Part shown: piece by piece, positions 28,234 to 36,890 of the stretch
Numbering within the stretch: position 1 is the stretch's first letter
Layout of the letters: the number at the start of each line of letters is the position of its first letter
Origin: Actinomycetota bacterium
GTDB lineage: Bacteria; Actinomycetota; Acidimicrobiia; Acidimicrobiales; VFJN01
Length of the DNA: 64,000 nt
Direction: 5' to 3'
Assembly (NCBI GenBank): GCA_046744485.1
Contig: JBKPHE010000111.1
Location: forward strand, 2,590-66,589
Position numbers and translations under genes: made by a program
The notes under the pieces: generated by a model
Databases searched by the model: none
The model's input: the letters and a program-made list of their open reading frames with translations, nothing else
Told to the model about the DNA's origin: nothing

Positions 28234-29532
28234 CTACGAGTTCGCGACCTCGTGCTCGAGCAGCTCGGCGAAGCGCGCCCGGGCCTCGGCGCGGCGGGTG
28301 GGCAGGTGCGCGCTGGGCCACAGGCCGTCGACGGGCTTGTACTCGCGCAGCACCTGGCGGGCGACCGTGACCTTGTGCACCTCCGTGGGTCCGTCGGCCA
28401 GCGCCAGACTCTCGGCGCCGATGAGCATGCCCACGAACGGCATCTCGTTGGACACCCCGAGTGCGCCGTGCAGGTGCAGCGCGCGCTGGGCGATGTTCGT
28501 GAGCACCTTCGGCATCGTCGCCTTCACCGCCGCGATGTCCTTCCGCACGCGCCGGTAGTCCTGGTACCGGTCGATCAGCCATGCCGTGCGCAGAACGAGG
28601 AGGCGGAACTGCTCGAGCTCGATCCAGCTGTCGGCGATCTGCTCCTGCACGATCTCCATCGACGCCAGCGGACCTTCCCGGGTCTGCCGCGACAGGGCCC
28701 GTTCGCACATCATGTCGAAGGCCCGCCGGCACTGGCCCACCGTTCGCATGCCGTGGTGGATGCGCCCGCCGCCCAGGCGGGTCTGCGCGATGGCGAACGC
28801 GCCGCCCTCCTCGCCGAGCAGGTGGTCCCGTGGCACCCGCACGTTCGCGTACCGGATGTAGGCGTGCGAACCCTCGCCCTCGGGCTCGGTGCCGATCCCG
28901 ACGTTGCGGATGATGTTCACCCCGGGTGTATCGGCCGGCACGATGAACATCGACATGCCCTGGTAGGCGCTGACTTCGGGGTTGGTGACCGCCATGACGA
29001 TGAGGAAGCTCGCGAAGCGGGCGTTCGACGAGAACCACTTCTCGCCGTTGATCACCCACTCGCTGCCGTCGAGCTCGGCGCGCGTCTTGAACAGGGTCGG
29101 GTCGGCGCCCGCATGGGGCTCGGTCATCGAGTAGGTGGACGAGATCTCGCCGTTGAGGAGTGGCTCGAGGTAGCGAGCCTTCTGCTCACTGGTGCCGAAG
29201 TGGGCGAGGATCTCGGCGTTGCCGGTATCGGGCGCCTGACAACCGAAGACCGTCGGCGCCCACCGCGACTGGCCGAGGATCTCGTTCAGGAGCGCGAGCT
29301 TCAGCTGCCCGTAGCCCTGCCCGCCGAGCTCGGGGCCGAGGTGTGCCGCCCACAACCCTCGGTCGCGCACCTGCTGCTGGAGCGGTCGGACGATATCGAG
29401 GGCGTTGGTGTCGCTCTTGTCGTACGGGTTGCCGAGCACCAGGTCGAGCGGCTCGATCTCCTGGCGTACGAAGGTCTCGACCCAGTCCAGCTTTTCCTGG
29501 AACTCGGGCTCGGTCTCGAAGTCCCACGCCAT
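28234..29532 (-). CDS. acyl-CoA dehydrogenase family protein
   Basis: 432-aa ORF. SMTEPHAGADPT, WVINGEKWFSSN and C-terminal LADGPTEVHKVTVARQVL. Confidence 0.85.
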   Translation of the reverse strand: MAWDFETEPEFQEKLDWVETFVRQEIEPLDLVLGNPYDKSDTNALDIVRPLQQQVRDRGLWAAHLGPELGGQGYGQLKLALLNEILGQSRWAPTVFGCQAPDTGNAEILAHFGTSEQKARYLEPLLNGEISSTYSMTEPHAGADPTLFKTRAELDGSEWVINGEKWFSSNARFASFLIVMAVTNPEVSAYQGMSMFIVPADTPGVNIIRNVGIGTEPEGEGSHAYIRYANVRVPRDHLLGEEGGAFAIAQTRLGGGRIHHGMRTVGQCRRAFDMMCERALSRQTREGPLASMEIVQEQIADSWIELEQFRLLVLRTAWLIDRYQDYRRVRKDIAAVKATMPKVLTNIAQRALHLHGALGVSNEMPFVGMLIGAESLALADGPTEVHKVTVARQVLREYKPVDGLWPSAHLPTRRAEARARFAELLEHEVANS

Positions 29533-29550
29533 CGCCGTCCCTCCCCGATG

Positions 29551-29578
29551 ACGTTCTCAGTTGCGAGAACGTCGTTCT
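29551..29578. promoter_or_regulatory. operator-like nested inverted repeats (AGAAC/GTTCT half-sites) upstream of the acyl-CoA dehydrogenase gene
   Basis: ACGTTCTC (29551-58), then AGTTGC, then GAGAACGT (29565-72) form a perfect 8-bp inverted repeat. It overlaps AGAACG-T-CGTTCT (29566-78). The element lies 19-46 nt upstream of the minus-strand start at 29532. Confidence 0.35.
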
Positions 29579-29618
29579 GCACGTTAGGGCAGCGCCCGGC
29601 GACCTCGCAAGGTGTCGC

Positions 29619-29780
29619 TCATTGGCCCACGTGGAGCCCACCGCCGACGCGCACGATCGCGCCGCTGGTGAAGCTCGACGCCGGGCTGGCGAGGAACAGC
29701 ACCGCCGTGACGATCTCCTCGGGGTTCCCGGGGCGGCCGATTGCCGTCGTGACCCTCGGCCAATGTCCAGTGACGGCCCG
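29619..29780 (-). pseudogene. SDR oxidoreductase relic (C-terminal ~50 aa only)
   Basis: The 85-aa ORF ends with GRPGNPEEIVTAVLFLASPASSFTSGAIVRVGGGLHVG, a canonical SDR C-terminus. No Rossmann or YxxxK part lies upstream. Confidence 0.5.
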
Positions 29781-29820
29781 GGCCCGAGGGAGTCCGCTTG
29801 ATCCGGATATCGAAGAGTAG

Positions 29821-29846
29821 GGTTCTCTTTCGGCAGAACACAGTTC
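29821..29846. promoter_or_regulatory. second AGAAC/GTTCT half-site cluster, upstream of the TetR gene
   Basis: GTTCT (29822-26), an 8-nt spacer, then AGAAC (29835-39); also GAAC-ACA-GTTC (29836-46). The cluster lies 32-57 nt upstream of the start at 29878. Confidence 0.3.
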
Positions 29847-29877
29847 CACGCCGAGCGAGCTCCGGCTGAAGGGCAAG

Positions 29878-30540
29878 GTGATGGCGAGGCCGTCGAAGGC
29901 GCGAGCAGCCCTGGACGATTGGGACGTCCGCGAGCCCTCGCCTGTCGCGGCGCGGACCGCCCGCCGCGCGTTGGCCGCCCGCGAAAGCGCTTACGTTGAC
30001 GAGGTCCAGCGCCTCCTCGACGCCGGTCTCGAACTCATGGTCGAGCTGGACGACGAGCGGGCTCCCCGCGTGGCCGAGATCATCGAGCGTGCCGGGCTAT
30101 CCAACCAGGCGTTCTACCGGCACTTCGCCGGCAAGGACGAGCTGATCGCGGTGGTCGTCGAGGCAGGGGTCCATCGCCTCGAGAGCTACCTGCGCCACCA
30201 GCTCGACAAGGTCGACGATCCGGAGCGCAAGGTGCGCGCGTGGATCGCCGGCGTGGCAGTCCAGGCTCAGCGCAGGACCGTGGCCCGCCAGACGAGGGCG
30301 GCCATGCGCAACCTCAGGCAGCTGCCGTTCGAGATGCGCCAGACGGTCAGCTCGCCGGCGACCGACCAGATGCTCGCCGACGCCCTGCGCCACGCGGGCA
30401 GCACCGACCCCGAGCGTGACGCCGCCGCCATCTCGCTGGTGGCCTTCGGCCGCCTGGAGCAGTTCCTCTGGCGGTCACCGCCGAGCGACGAGGACGTGGA
30501 GCACCTCATCGAGTTCTGCCTGGCCGGCATCCGGCGCTGA
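29878..30540 (+). CDS. TetR/AcrR family transcriptional regulator
   Basis: 220-aa ORF. HTH VAEIIERAGLSNQAFYRHFAGKDELI. Confidence 0.8.
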   Translation: MMARPSKARAALDDWDVREPSPVAARTARRALAARESAYVDEVQRLLDAGLELMVELDDERAPRVAEIIERAGLSNQAFYRHFAGKDELIAVVVEAGVHRLESYLRHQLDKVDDPERKVRAWIAGVAVQAQRRTVARQTRAAMRNLRQLPFEMRQTVSSPATDQMLADALRHAGSTDPERDAAAISLVAFGRLEQFLWRSPPSDEDVEHLIEFCLAGIRR

Positions 30541-30632
30541 GCCCGGTCGCGGCGTCGTGCCAGCGGTCATCATTGGCGGCGGTGCCGGCGTGTGGCCGAC
30601 CGAGATGGACAAGAGCACAGGAGGGGCAGGCG

Positions 30633-31397
30633 ATGGGGCAGCTCGACGGCAAGGTCGCCGTGGTCACCGGTGCCTCGAGCGGGTCTGGCCGGGGCATCGC
30701 CAAGCTCTTCGTGGAGGAGGGCGCGTCGGTCGTGATGCTGGCGCGTGGGCGCGGGCGCCTGGAGGAGGTCGCGGCCGAATGCGGTCACGGCGCGCTGCCG
30801 GTGGTCACCGACGTCGGTGACCCGGACAGCGTCGCTGCAGCCTTCACGGCCGTCGAGGAGCGATACGGCAAGCTGGACATACTCATCAACAACGCCGCCG
30901 TCTACCGGCCCTGCGCGGTCGAGCGGTTGAGCGATCACGACATCGTCCGGCAGGTGAGCACCAACTTCCTCGGCCCCGTCTACACGAGCCGGGCAGCGAT
31001 CCCCCTGATGCGGGCGGCCGGCGCCGGGGACATCGTCAACACGTCGAGCGAGTCGACGCTCGATCCGTTCCCCATGTTGTCGATGTACGTCGCCACCAAG
31101 GCGGCGCTGGAGATGTTCGATCGGGTCCTCGCAGAGGAGCTGCGCGACGAGGACATCCGCGTGACCACGCTCGTGCAGGGCACGGCCTCGGGCACGGGAG
31201 GCGGTGCCACCGACTGGGAGTGGGACCCCGAGCACGCGGGCGAGGCGATGGAGCTGTGGACGAAGCTGGGCTTGCTCAACCGGGTCGGTGGTGGCACCGG
31301 CGGGCAGCAAGTCGAGGACGTCGCCGGCGTGCACCTCTTCATCGTCACCCGCCCCCGGACCCAGAGGCTGGACACCGTCCACTGCCGCAGCTTCTGA
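30633..31397 (+). CDS. SDR family oxidoreductase
   Basis: ATG at 30633, with AGGAGG 9 nt upstream. Motifs TGASSGSGRG, NNAA and YVATKAAL. Confidence 0.85.
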   Translation: MGQLDGKVAVVTGASSGSGRGIAKLFVEEGASVVMLARGRGRLEEVAAECGHGALPVVTDVGDPDSVAAAFTAVEERYGKLDILINNAAVYRPCAVERLSDHDIVRQVSTNFLGPVYTSRAAIPLMRAAGAGDIVNTSSESTLDPFPMLSMYVATKAALEMFDRVLAEELRDEDIRVTTLVQGTASGTGGGATDWEWDPEHAGEAMELWTKLGLLNRVGGGTGGQQVEDVAGVHLFIVTRPRTQRLDTVHCRSF

Positions 31398-31420
31398 GCT
31401 GTCGACGAGAACCACGATGC

Positions 31421-32356
31421 TCAGTCCCGCGGATCGCCGGGCACCACGCGGCCGGTGAACGCGTAGACGGCCCCGAAGCAGTCGGCCGGCTCGAGCGTGA
31501 ACCCGTCCCCGGATCGGTCGGCGACGCCCACGCCCACGCCTTCGATGTGGCGTTCTGCCGCCTCGAGGTCGACGACCTTGAAGGTGCAGCCGTGTGGAAG
31601 TTCGCCGTTCTCGGCGAGATCCGCGGCGAGCCGGGAGTCGTCGACTGTCGGCCTCGCCAGTTCCACGATCGAGTCACTGCCCACGAAGACGAACGCACTT
31701 TCGACGCCGGCCGATGCCTCGGTGTAGAGGACGCGGCCCCGGAGCGGGCCCTCGTACAGCGCCCGGGCCTTGTCGACGTCTGTCACGATCGTGGTGAAGT
31801 ACGCCACGCGTTCGATCCCCAGGGGATGGTCGTCGCGCCAGAACGAGGGCGACCAGTCGAGCGCGAACCGCGGGTCTCGCTCCCGCCAGAAGCCGTCCAG
31901 GGCGACGAACTCGAGCTGACCGAACGTGTCCTTGGGATGGGTGAAGATCGTCGGCCCCGGGTCGAAGTCACCATCCGGGAACATGCCGCCGGCGGGCATG
32001 GCGATCCGCACCCCATGGACGCGCAGGTCGTCGAAGAGAGGCCGCAGGTCGGGCGTGTCGACGTACCACGCGAGCGAGTGGAAGTGCTGCCCGAACCGGG
32101 TGCGAAAGCGACCCAGCGGCATCGCTTCGTCTTCCGGTGCCGAGCCGGGTTCGATCACCTCGATCATGAAGTCGCCGATCATCGCCAGCGAGGCCCACCG
32201 CTTCTCGACGTCGGACCAGTTCTTCTCGATGAACCGCTGGGGCTTGAAGACCTCGTCGTACCAGGCGTCGGCCTCGCCCCGGTCGTCGACGACGTGGATC
32301 AGGTGGAAGAACTCGCGGACCGGCATGGCGGGATCGTAAGTGGCCCCGGGAGGCAT
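31421..32356 (-). CDS. two-domain VOC-fold protein (extradiol-dioxygenase/glyoxalase-like)
   Basis: 311-aa ORF. Two halves have VOC-like beta-alpha-beta patterns (FFHLIHVVDD... and IERVAYFTTIVTDVDKA...). The assignment is fold-level only. Confidence 0.55.
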   Translation of the reverse strand: MPPGATYDPAMPVREFFHLIHVVDDRGEADAWYDEVFKPQRFIEKNWSDVEKRWASLAMIGDFMIEVIEPGSAPEDEAMPLGRFRTRFGQHFHSLAWYVDTPDLRPLFDDLRVHGVRIAMPAGGMFPDGDFDPGPTIFTHPKDTFGQLEFVALDGFWRERDPRFALDWSPSFWRDDHPLGIERVAYFTTIVTDVDKARALYEGPLRGRVLYTEASAGVESAFVFVGSDSIVELARPTVDDSRLAADLAENGELPHGCTFKVVDLEAAERHIEGVGVGVADRSGDGFTLEPADCFGAVYAFTGRVVPGDPRD

Positions 32357-32367
32357 GGCCAGGCGCG

Positions 32368-32392
32368 TTATTGTTCATTGGCCAACAATTGC
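32368..32392. promoter_or_regulatory. A/T-rich near-palindrome centred on TTGGCCAA, upstream of the two-domain VOC gene
   Basis: TTATTGTTCATTGGCCAACAATTGC lies 12-36 nt upstream of the minus-strand ATG at 32356 and just downstream of the TetR gene stop. It stands out in ~70% GC DNA. Confidence 0.3.
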
Positions 32393-32453
32393 GGGCCGGA
32401 GCGCTGGGGTGGGCCGGGCGACCCCGTTCCGGGAGGTCGTCGGCCGCCTGCGC

Positions 32454-33308
32454 TCAGGCCCGGCGCGCCGCGGTCGCCCGCCGCTGGCGGGGTGGGGCGA
32501 CGACCAGGTTGCGCGCCCCGGCCAGCAACAGTGCGGTGCGCAGACGTAGCACCGCGCCGAGGTCGACGCGCTCGTCCACGGTCCAGTCCTTGATCCCGTC
32601 CATGACCAAGGCCGTGAGCATTGCCGCCAGGTCCTTGGGGGAGATGTCGTTCGGCAGCTCGCCGGAGTCCTGGGCATGAGTGAACACGACCGAGAACGCC
32701 CGCTGGAACCCGAAGTGCTCCTGGTCGTGCAGGAGCTCCGCCTCGGGGGCGCGGTGGAACTCCTGGATCATGCGGCCCACGGCGGCGCGAGGGCCCTTCT
32801 CGATGCGCCGGGCGAGCTTCGTCATCAACTGGTCGAGAACCACGTCGAGCGAGCGACCGTTGGCCAGCGCGCGGAGTGCGTCCTCGTACAGCGCCCTGGC
32901 GGTCAACCAACCCATCTCGAGGAGGACCTGCTCCTTGCGTGCGAAGTGGAAGTAGAAGGTTCCCTTGGCGACGCCTGCCCGGGCGGCGATCTCTTCGGCC
33001 GTCGTGCTGTCGATCCCGGTCTCGAAGCCTCGTTCGCTCCACAGATCGAGAGCGGCCTTGACCAGCTTCCGCCTGGTTTCGCGCGACCGCTCTTGGGCCA
33101 GCGAGGACCGTTTGGGGCCTTCCTGGTGCGTGCTCAGCTGCACGACTGCAGCGGACGCGACCCGCTTGGTGGAGGTTCGTGCCAAGGGAACCACTCCTTC
33201 GTCGGCGCCGACCCCGATGTCTTCGCGCTGCCGTGCGACTATACCGAGTCCCGATTCGCGGTCAGAAGTTGGTTCCGTCACGATCGGCCAGGTTTGGGCG
33301 CCATCCAA
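32454..33308 (-). CDS. TetR/AcrR family transcriptional regulator
   Basis: 284-aa ORF. HTH TAEEIAARAGVAKGTFYFHFARKEQ. The N-terminal ~60 aa are unusual, so the true start may be internal. Confidence 0.75.
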   Translation of the reverse strand: MDGAQTWPIVTEPTSDRESGLGIVARQREDIGVGADEGVVPLARTSTKRVASAAVVQLSTHQEGPKRSSLAQERSRETRRKLVKAALDLWSERGFETGIDSTTAEEIAARAGVAKGTFYFHFARKEQVLLEMGWLTARALYEDALRALANGRSLDVVLDQLMTKLARRIEKGPRAAVGRMIQEFHRAPEAELLHDQEHFGFQRAFSVVFTHAQDSGELPNDISPKDLAAMLTALVMDGIKDWTVDERVDLGAVLRLRTALLLAGARNLVVAPPRQRRATAARRA

Positions 33309-33340
33309 ACACGCGGGCAGGGATCTCCGGGTTCAGGTCG

Positions 33341-34330
33341 TCAGAGTGTCGGCGCCAGGCCGAAGGCGGGAAACAGGGCGGCCCCGAAGGTCGTGATCTC
33401 GGCGATGGCGCCGCCTTCGATCCGGAGGACGTCGAACTTGAACGCCCGGAACTCCGAGTCCCCCGGCCGGCGCAGGTAGCTGGCCGCCGTCGGCATGCGG
33501 TTGGCCCGGGTCGGAACGAGGCGCCAGTCGCCGTCCCGGTCCTCGCCGAAGGCCCGCTCGAGCAGCGGCACGACATCCCCGAGCCCAGCGTAGAAGAAGG
33601 GGTTCGGTGGCATCGTGATGCGGATGTCCTCCGACGCGATCGCCACGGCTGCCGCAGCGTCGCGACGTTGGTGGGCGTCGATGAACCGGTCGAGCAGCTC
33701 CCGTTCCTCGGCGCTCGGCTCCCGCGCGGACCACTCGGCGCGCCGCTCCGGAAGGTGCTGCTGCATCGTCGCCCGAGCGCGCTGGAGCGCACTGTTGGCC
33801 GCGGCCACGCTCGTCTCCAGGAGCGACGCCGTCTCGCTGGCGGGCCAGCCGAGCACATCGCGGACGAGCAAGGCGGCGCGCTGCCGGGGCGGCAGGAGCT
33901 GCAGCGCGGCGAGGAACGCGAGCTCGATCGTCTCGCGCTCGACGACCACGGCGTGAGGCTCGTCGTCGCTCGGCGCGACCTCGTCCAGGAGGCGGTCGGG
34001 GTAGGGCTGCAGCCACGGCACGTCGGCGAACGACTGCATCGTCGCCGGGCGACGGGCGCGGCGACGGAGCATGTCGAGGCTCACGTTGGTGGCGATCCGG
34101 TAGAGCCAGGCGCGGAACATGGAGCTGCCGTCGAAGCCGTCGCGGTTGCGCCAGGCCCGCAGGAACGCCTCCTGGACGGCATCCTCCGCCTCGTCGAACG
34201 ACGCGAGCATCCGGTAGCAGTGCACGTGCAGCTCACGCCGGTGGCGCTCGGTCAGCGCCGCGAAGGCGGACTCGTCGCCCGAGATCGCCGCCGCCACGTC
34301 ACCGCCGGCGTGACCCGCCGTGCGCGTCAT
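33341..34330 (-). CDS. ECF-type sigma-70 factor of the long class with C-terminal SnoaL/NTF2-like extension
   Basis: 329-aa ORF. HRRELHVHCYRMLASFDEAEDAVQEAFLRAWRNRDGF (region 2) and LLVRDVLGWPASETASLLETSVAAANSALQRAR (region 4), followed by ~130 extra C-terminal aa. No adjacent anti-sigma gene. Confidence 0.8.
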   Translation of the reverse strand: MTRTAGHAGGDVAAAISGDESAFAALTERHRRELHVHCYRMLASFDEAEDAVQEAFLRAWRNRDGFDGSSMFRAWLYRIATNVSLDMLRRRARRPATMQSFADVPWLQPYPDRLLDEVAPSDDEPHAVVVERETIELAFLAALQLLPPRQRAALLVRDVLGWPASETASLLETSVAAANSALQRARATMQQHLPERRAEWSAREPSAEERELLDRFIDAHQRRDAAAAVAIASEDIRITMPPNPFFYAGLGDVVPLLERAFGEDRDGDWRLVPTRANRMPTAASYLRRPGDSEFRAFKFDVLRIEGGAIAEITTFGAALFPAFGLAPTL

Positions 34331-34746
34331 CCGCCGGCCTCGTCACGCCTGGCCTCCTGGAGCACCCAGGTGTTGCCGTCGGGGTCGCGGAAGTCGGCGA
34401 AGGAGTTGTACATGCCGCGCTCCGGATCGGGCCCCGGCGCCCGCTGGCCGCCCTCGAAGTGGAACGCCTCGCCGACGTCGACCCCCCGTTCGACCAGCTC
34501 GGCTCGGGCCGCCTCGATGTCGGACACGACCAGGTGCAGACCCTGGACCGACCCCGGTGTCGCCTCGGTGACGCCCTGCCCGATGGTGACCGAGCACGCG
34601 GATCCGGGGGGAGTGAGCTGTACGACGCGGAAGTCGCCGGCCCTGTGGTCGACGTCCACGTTGAAGCCGACCTTGTCGGCGTAGAAGGACTTGGACCGGT
34701 CGACGTCGCTGACCGGAAGCACCACCAGCTCCAGCTTGAAGTCCAT
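34327..34746 (-). CDS. VOC (glyoxalase) family protein
   Basis: ATG at 34746 with a GGGAGAG Shine-Dalgarno. LELVVLPVSDVDRSKSFYADKVGF and FRDPDGNTWVLQE. Its stop overlaps the sigma start (ATGA at 34327-34330). Confidence 0.75.
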   Translation of the reverse strand: MDFKLELVVLPVSDVDRSKSFYADKVGFNVDVDHRAGDFRVVQLTPPGSACSVTIGQGVTEATPGSVQGLHLVVSDIEAARAELVERGVDVGEAFHFEGGQRAPGPDPERGMYNSFADFRDPDGNTWVLQEARRDEAGG

Positions 34747-34857
34747 GTCGCACTCTCCCGTTGTCGTTGCCTGGGGTCGTCCCCGTTGTTCTAGGAGGTT
34801 CAACGCCGGCGCGCGGAGAAACTCATCGATGACGCGATGAGCACTGAGAGCCGTGGA

Positions 34858-35904
34858 TCAGAGGCCGTCGAGCTGGATCCAGGCGGGATCGTGATCGCTG
34901 CCCACGCCGGCCGAGCTCGCGTTCCACGCCCTCCGGCGCTCGATCTCGGCATGGGTCACGCGCCCTGCCAGGGCGGGACTGAGCCAGATCTGGTCGAACA
35001 ACTCGAACGTGTCGGGGGCGTTGGCGACCGAATGACGATGGGTCCAGCGGACGGTGGTCGGTGAGTTCTCGGCCGTCGCCGGCGGCGGCGGACGGCTCTC
35101 GACCACGCCGGCGAGCCCGTCGACCAGGCCGAGGCGGGACACCATCGGGGCCAGCGTGACGGCCTCGGGGGCGTCGTTGAGGTCCCCCAGCACGAGATAG
35201 CGCGCGTCGGGTCGGGTGCGGCCGGAGACGACGCGGGCGATGGTCTCCGCCTGACGGGTGCGCAGCTGGTCGTTGGCCACTGCGGTAGCCACGGGGTCTG
35301 GGTCGTAGAAGGGGACGAACTTGGACTTGAGGTGGGTGACGAACAGCGTCAGCAGCTTCCGGGCCCGGGTCTGGTTGAACACCTGGAGCTCGAGCAGGTC
35401 GCGGCCGAACACCGGCATCGTCGGGCCGTCGGGATGGACCTCGAAGCGGTGCGACGTGACGTTGACGACCGGCAGCCGGGCGAGCACAGCAACGTCGATG
35501 AAGCGTGGGTCGTTGCCCTCGATGAGGACCTCGTACGCGTATGGCTGCGGCAGCAGGTCGCGGTTGAATCGCCGCAGCGCGTCGAGATTCTCGACCTCCT
35601 GCAGTGCGAGGACGTCGGCGTCCACGGCCGCGATGCGGTCCGCCAGCGCGTGCTGGGCGGCTGGGGGCTTGCCCTGGATCAGCTCGCCCCGTACGCCCCT
35701 CTGGATCCGGACGATCGGGGTGGACGAGGTGGGGACGTCGAGTTGGGGCGGGGGGTCTTCGGGTCCGGTTCCCTGCCCCACGAAGACCCATTGGTACGTC
35801 GTGTGGACGTCGCGGTCCTCGGCGGGCAGCGTCCCCAGGTCGGCCTCGAAGTTGAATCGATCGAAGAGGTTGTTGAGGTTGAACGTCGCCAGGCGCACAT
35901 CCAT
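34858..35904 (-). CDS. endonuclease/exonuclease/phosphatase (EEP) family protein
   Basis: 348-aa ORF. N-terminal RLATFNLNNLF, LALQEVEN and C-terminal GSDHDP. Confidence 0.8.
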   Translation of the reverse strand: MDVRLATFNLNNLFDRFNFEADLGTLPAEDRDVHTTYQWVFVGQGTGPEDPPPQLDVPTSSTPIVRIQRGVRGELIQGKPPAAQHALADRIAAVDADVLALQEVENLDALRRFNRDLLPQPYAYEVLIEGNDPRFIDVAVLARLPVVNVTSHRFEVHPDGPTMPVFGRDLLELQVFNQTRARKLLTLFVTHLKSKFVPFYDPDPVATAVANDQLRTRQAETIARVVSGRTRPDARYLVLGDLNDAPEAVTLAPMVSRLGLVDGLAGVVESRPPPPATAENSPTTVRWTHRHSVANAPDTFELFDQIWLSPALAGRVTHAEIERRRAWNASSAGVGSDHDPAWIQLDGL

Positions 35905-35920
35905 GCGGGGCTTGGCCGCG

Positions 35921-36823
35921 TCAGCGGCGGCGGAAGGCGCCGGACAGGTCGGAGGTGTCGAACGCGGGGTCGACGGGCACCTTCGTGGCCCAGCGATAGA
36001 GCGCTGTCTTGTAGACGGCCGAGAGGGCGGACACCACGGCTACGACGGCGATCACCCAGGCCGCCGCGAGCGCCACGCCCACGACCTGGAGGACGAGGAC
36101 GCCAGACGCGAACGATCCCGCCCCGAGTGCGATGCCGGGTAGAGCGGCGACGAAGCCCAGCAGGCCCATGCCAAAGCTGAAGGTGATCTGCTCGCCCCAT
36201 GTGGTCCGCAGCAGCTGCGACGACCGCTTGAAGCTATCGATCGGCCCCAGGTCCTCGAACACGATCACCGGTAGCGCCAGGAACGACATGACACTGAATG
36301 CGACGTTGCCGAGCGAGCCGAGGATGCGACCGGCGACACCCAATCGCTCCTGGATCAGGTCGAGGACGAGCGCCACGACCGTGGCCAGGAACGCCCAGCC
36401 GAACAAGCGGCCGGCGCGGGCACGAGCGGCGTCGAACGCGGTGGCGAGGGTGGGATCGCCCCCGTCCATCCGCTGGCCGGCGCCGGCGACAACCGCGGCT
36501 TGGCCCAGGGCCGTAACCCAGCTGGCGGCGATGGCCGCCACCGCCAATATCAACCACAGCGCGAGATCGCTGGCATCGGTTTCGTCGGAGCCGCCGAGCA
36601 GCAGCACCCCCGGCCCGGCGATGATCCCGAATGCCACCAGCGCCACCAGCCCGGCCACGACCGGGATCGCGATGAGCTCACGGTCACGGGAGAGCACCCG
36701 CCACGACGCCTGAGCGAGGCGCCACGCATTGGAGATACGTCCCACCAGGGGTGAGCTTAGGCGGGCGACGACGGGACAGCCCCGGGTGTCGTGCGGCAAC
36801 GAACAGACCTTCGCATTCCGCAC
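35921..36823 (-). CDS. polytopic membrane protein (DUF6159-like)
   Basis: 300-aa ORF. The more likely start is GTG 36745 (VGRISNAWRLAQASWRVL...). About six TM helices. The family name is from memory of similar actinobacterial proteins. Confidence 0.5.
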   Translation of the reverse strand: MRNAKVCSLPHDTRGCPVVARLSSPLVGRISNAWRLAQASWRVLSRDRELIAIPVVAGLVALVAFGIIAGPGVLLLGGSDETDASDLALWLILAVAAIAASWVTALGQAAVVAGAGQRMDGGDPTLATAFDAARARAGRLFGWAFLATVVALVLDLIQERLGVAGRILGSLGNVAFSVMSFLALPVIVFEDLGPIDSFKRSSQLLRTTWGEQITFSFGMGLLGFVAALPGIALGAGSFASGVLVLQVVGVALAAAWVIAVVAVVSALSAVYKTALYRWATKVPVDPAFDTSDLSGAFRRR

Positions 36824-36890
36824 GTGGGTCCCGGGTCCGACGGGCTGCCGGATCGCTCACCGGGCCCTCCGCGGCCTACCGTTGTCGGCT

